A stretch of 63,965 nucleotides of DNA, the filler included, from Octopus bimaculoides (lineage: Eukaryota), in NCBI RefSeq assembly GCF_001194135.2. It is 5 parts of 5 records of this genome, joined end to end, with 100 filler letters (N's around TTAATTAATTAA, not from the genome) between each part and the next. Parts side by side here need not be neighbours in the genome. Positions count along the whole stretch, not along the records: positions 53,477 to 60,278 come from NW_026436551.1; positions 60,379 to 62,733 come from NC_069008.1; positions 62,834 to 63,965 come from NC_068991.1; 2 more parts are not named here. One strand, given 5' to 3'. Made by a program: the position numbers and the translations under genes. Below the pieces are notes generated by a model. The model was given only the letters and a program-made list of their open reading frames with translations. It was not told the DNA's origin and ran no database searches. This document shows, in pieces, positions 59,104 to 63,965 of this stretch (positions are counted from its first letter, which is position 1; each line of letters starts with the position of its first letter).

Positions 59104-60162
59104 TTATAGTTTGAATGGAGACAATACGGGTGGAAAATTATAGGAACGATACCCCATCTCCAACAAATGATTCAATATACATGTGTGTGCATATCATCCT
59201 TGAATTAATAATTACACACAATTCTCAGTAGCGAAAATGAAATAAAAGTACACAGACATATAAAAACACATAAACTTCAAAAATATAATGAATGTTCAAA
59301 ACTATTTAAAAATATTTATAAGTATTCCTAATTTCCAAGCCATATAAAAATATTAATCAATATAAGACGATGTAATACGATACATAAACCTTCGGTATGA
59401 TATAACATATAGTGAGTAAATATATACGATATGATATCACAAAATTTATATGTATTATATTATAAGAACGTGTACAATACTGAAAGTAGATTTATATACA
59501 CTATATCGAAGGCATTGGAGGTAAAGGCGACATCATGTAATGTCGGAAATCTTTTGGATCTGAATTGTATGTAATTCTGTATGTTAATATATTGTGTTGT
59601 ATCACTATGTTTTTTGTAAGATTGAACATCCTGATGAAGGGAGTGTCTAGTTTCTCCAAATATGAGTACTATACCATATTATAAGACACATCTCTGAAAC
59701 GGCCTGTAGATGGTGACTTTGAATATTACCCCGTGTTGTGCATGTTTTTTTTTTTCGATATAGTGTATATAAATCTACTTTCAGTATTGTACACGTTCTT
59801 ATAATATAATGCATATAAATTTCGTGATATCATATCGTATATATTTACTCACTATATGTTATATCATAGCGAAGGTTTATGTAGCGTATTACATCGTCTT
59901 ATATTGATCAATATTTTTATATGGCTTGAAAATTAGAAATACTTTAAAATATTTTAAAATATTTTAAAACATTCATTATATTTTTGAAGTTTATGTGTTT
60001 TTATATGTCTGTGTAATGTTATTTCATTATCGCTACTGAGAATTGTGTATAATTATTGATTCAAGGGTGATATGCACACACACATGTATATTGAATCTTT
60101 TGTTGGAGATGGGATATCGTTCCTATAGTTATCCACCCGTATTGTCTCCATTCAAACTATAA
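59104..60162. repeat. Long inverted repeat: arms 59104-59510 and 59754-60162, spacer 243 bp
   Basis: Arms align end to end (ttatagtttgaatggagacaatacggg...cactatatcgaa versus ttcgatatagtg...cccgtattgtctccattcaaactataa), roughly 90% identical by eye; no TSD seen. Confidence 0.95.
59627..59712 (+). ncRNA. Type I hammerhead ribozyme motif in the inverted-repeat spacer
   Basis: Stem I CATC/GATG; core CTGATGA 59631-59637; 11-bp stem II AGGGAGTGTCT/AGACAC(A)TCTCT; GAAA 59696-59699; stem III AC-GGCCT-GT; cleavage triplet GTA (after 59708). Confidence 0.8.
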
Positions 60163-61815
60163 CTTGAATCTTAGCTCAATTTGAGCACTTCAACTCTAGC
60201 CTGTTTCTGAGCATTGTAATATTAACAATCACTGCTTATAAAATAAGTACAGTTTATATATATATATATATATATATANNNNNNNNNNNNNNNNNNNNNN
60301 NNNNNNNNNNNNNNNNNNNNNNTTAATTAATTAANNNNNNNNNNNNNNNNNNNNNNNNNNNNNNNNNNNNNNNNNNNNGGTGGGGGGGGGAAAGAAAATT
60401 TGGGAATCATAAAATTTTAACCTGTAGGTATGTAATTTTATTTGTAAAATGCACATTACACACATATAGAAGAAACACATGAATATGCATTTATAATTAT
60501 GAAGGATCATCCTTATGTACTAATTTTCTATTACACTCATATATGTACCCAAAGAACACGTTAAAATATTAAATTTTGAGTATTTTATGTCTGGTTCGTA
60601 AGATGAACAGCTAAATATCATTGCATCATACCAAATTGCTCCAAAATTTTAAGCTGTAAAACATACATACACAATGGACAGCGCAGAAGGCAAAGTCATA
60701 GTTATTAATCAAAACTCCACTTCAATATTATTGACGATATGGAAAATCCATCCAGTCAACAACGTCCATGCTAACTGGTTAACATCCGCACAAGCCTCTT
60801 TAAGATTCATTTTTCTTTTTTACTTTGTCAAATTGCATTACTTCTTCTTTCTCTCTCTGTGCTTATCTCATCCTACTTCTGCTCTTGATTCCGTACTTTC
60901 TTGTTTAATTATATTTTTCTGCATCGTTAGTGTGCAAGTATCTACTTCTTTTCACTTCATTTTACTTAAGTTTTTATAAGTTACTATAATTATCATAAAT
61001 ATTCCGACTGGGTCCATAGCGTCAGAGCCGAGGGCGGAAAGGTCGATCCACCAAGTTAAATCATTAATCAACCATTCAAACTGGACCCAAGCGTTCAGAA
61101 AACTGTTTCTTCACATACGAGTATAGGATTTATTTTCAAAAAAGACCTATAATTAATAAGGGCTTTGAGAAGTAGTCAAACTAAGATGGGGGATCAAGAG
61201 GAAGGTGAGAGACTGAGGGTACCCTGAAAACAAACAGACAATTCATTAGAAAATCAGATAAAACCATTCTTATATGCACTTTTTTTTACAACTATTAAAT
61301 TATTAATCAATGTAATAATTCAATAATTGATCACTGAATAGTATTATATATTTAATTCGAGTAAAATTTAATATTGAACTATGTTTAGTAGAATATAACA
61401 AAATATATTATAAAATCATTTTTCTTTAAAAAAGAAAATACATTTTCAATATACTTTGTTAACTCTTTTCGACAGTTCGAGTTTGATTCAACAATAAATC
61501 AGCCCTATTTTCTCCATGAATTTACCAGCACACTTGCTTTAGCTATCACTTTTATAATTTAGTATCTTTTCATCAAATTAATTTTATTTCTGGATTATCA
61601 ACTGGAAAGGAAATGATAAATATTTGTCATGCTATTTTTATTTTTTCATAAGCATAACTATTAATTTGTTTTTCCCGGTTATTAAAGCCTTTGATTTAGT
61701 TAACTGCGTAATGTATTGACTTTATAAACTTGTTTTCACTCTGACAAAAACGCTTGAAACTAACCTTTTGTTTATTCAACTTTTTGAAGATATTTATTTA
61801 TTAGTTCAGATAAAC

Positions 61816-62410
61816 ATGGCAAGTGCATCTAAAAAAAAAGTGTAGACAATATTCTGTCGAATATCTTGCTAATGGATTCATTAAATCTCCACAAAATTCT
61901 ACTGTGCCTATGTGTCTGCTATGCAAGACTTTGTTCTCAAATGGCAGTATGCGTCCCTGCAAACTAAAAGAAAAACATCTGGAGACTGCACATAGAGGTT
62001 AGAAAGACAAGCCACTAGATTTCTTCAAAAGGTTATGAGTTTCAAGGAAGGATGACAGTGAATCAAATGTTCACTCAAAAAGCAGCAAAAATAGACAAAC
62101 GAATGTTGGCTTCTCACAAGACAGCAAATTTAATTGCAAAAGCTGGTAAGCCTCATACCATTGGTGAATCTTTGATCATGCCTGCAGTGGCTGTAGTGCT
62201 TTCAACAGTCATGGACCAGAGTCCACAACAGGTTACTAGAGTTATTCCTTTGAGCAACTCATCAGTATCATGCTGGATTGATGAAATGGTAGGTGATGTT
62301 GAAAGCCAATTAGTTTCAAAACATAGGGTAAACGAGTTCTCACTTCAAATAGATGAATCAACTCAACCTGATAATTCTGCTTTTTTAATGGCATTTGTTA
62401 GGTTTCTTAA
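61816..62410 (+). mobile_element. 5' part of a decayed hAT transposase (Charlie/Buster, ZBED5/FAM200-like)
   Basis: MASASKKK/CRQYSVEYLANGFI...PMCLLCKTLFSNGSMRPCKL...IAKAGKPHTIGESLIMPA...PLSNSSVSCWIDEM...FSLQIDEST; stops and frameshifts; truncated at a SINE. Confidence 0.88.
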
Positions 62411-63169
62411 TGTTAGGTGCAGCTGCTAAGATCGGAAACTAAATCCACTCACAAAACTTTGGTCAGCCTGAGGTTTGATAGAAGCCACTTTCCCAAGGTG
62501 CCATGCAGTGAGACTGAACCTGGAACCATGTTGTTGGGAAGCAAGCTTCTCATCACACAGCCACGCCTACGCCTATATTATTTAAACATTTAGTATTTGC
62601 ATTTGAAAGATCCGAGACATGACGTGCTGCCTCGTGAGCATGTCGCACCTCGGAAGGCTGAACCCGGAACCATGTGGTTGGTATGCAAGCTACTTACCAC
62701 ACAGCTACCCCTGCACCTATATACATATATATANNNNNNNNNNNNNNNNNNNNNNNNNNNNNNNNNNNNNNNNNNNNTTAATTAATTAANNNNNNNNNNN
62801 NNNNNNNNNNNNNNNNNNNNNNNNNNNNNNNNNTATATATATATAAACTATTTACCTGCAATGGGCCGACCAGAAATCTCAAATTTCACGCCATCTTCGT
62901 TGTCATAGAGGTTCACTGAGAAGTCGACTTCACTCTGTGCAATGACTTTCACAAGCCAACGTTTCGGCTTCTGCTCGTTAGTTGTCCGTTCTAATGTCCA
63001 TTTTCCTGTTTGTGGTTTCTGAAATTACAATCATATATAGCTGCCATTTTTCTTTTTTAAAAAGTTGCTGTTGTTGTTGTTGTTGTTGTATACCTTTTAT
63101 ATCCATGTTTACCGACTGGCCTGTTCTATCATCAAACGCATTCAAGCGTTGGCAATCTCGTATTGTGTG

Positions 63170-63220
<51 letters not shown>

Positions 63221-63234
63221 GTCTGTCTGTCTGT

Positions 63235-63267
<33 letters not shown>

Positions 63268-63965
63268 TGTCTGTCTGTCCGTCCGTCCGTCTGTCCGTCC
63301 ATTGTATTGGATAATGTAACTCTAAATACACTGTCTGAATAATAGACGAGATGGTCACAGCTGGAACTTCTTTGATCGAAAGTTTCCTCAATTTCGGTTG
63401 ACCTGCTAACTCAATAACAAGAACAACTATATTATTATTATGTGATTATAACACAGAGATGAAAGCAATATACTTGCTTACATTACCAAATATTTTCATT
63501 CATAACAAACCGACAAACAATTAATTTAAAAAAGGTAAACATCCAAGACTTAATTTTCAGTGCCAGAATCATCTTCAGGGGTTCATGTTAAACTATATGT
63601 TCCTATATGGCTCCCTCTCATCAAGGGATCCATGGGCTTCCTGGACCCTCTAAACCTCAGTGCTATAGCACTCATGTGTTGGCACTCCATCGCTTACGAC
63701 CTCGAGAGTTCCAGTTGATCCGGTCAACGGAACAGCCTGCTCGTGAAATTAACGTGCAAGTGGCTGAGCACTCCACAGACACGTGTACCCTTAACGTAGT
63801 TCTCGGGGATATTCAGCGTGACACAGTGTGACAAGGCTGACCCTTTGAATTACAGGCACAACAGAAACAGGAAGTAAGAGTGAGAGAAAGTTGTGGTGGA
63901 AGAGTACAGCAGGGTTCGCCACCATCCCCTGCCGGAGCCTCGTGGAGCTTTAGGTGTTTTCACTC

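Noticed and set aside
60674-60979. 101-aa plus-strand hydrophobic ORF
   Set aside because: Pyrimidine-rich low-complexity translation with no domain and no splice support.
62945-63000. Minus-strand CTAACGA...GCCGAAACGTT, and CTGAAGA...GAAA near 63550-63580
   Set aside because: The core or stems are too degenerate to support a hammerhead call.

Overview
Draft eukaryotic scaffold, AT-rich and dense in microsatellites, with many N gaps. The tRNA-derived SINE families and repeat landscape look like an octopus (coleoid cephalopod) genome; this is inferred, not verified. Two intron-rich minus-strand genes can be rebuilt from splice sites and reading phase, including many exons missing from the ORF track. 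(1) A >=1,825-aa protein (exons 22018 to 3560) with four N-terminal and one C-terminal 6-Cys chitin-binding type-2 (CBM14)-like modules bracketing a single 3,936-bp exon of Gly/Thr/Ser/Gln decapeptide repeats; it is a candidate chitin-bridging structural protein. (2) A gene with six calcium-binding EGF exons (46051 to 28992) and possibly an EMI-like N-terminus. Introns and intergenic DNA hold LINE remnants (RTE, CR1/Jockey-like, REL-type, Tx1-like), mariner and hAT elements, many SINEs and a decayed 5S rRNA copy. There are also seven hammerhead-ribozyme-like motifs of Penelope type. One lies in the spacer of a ~400-bp inverted repeat and another lies downstream of a tRNA-like Pol III head. All calls were made by eye with no database searches.
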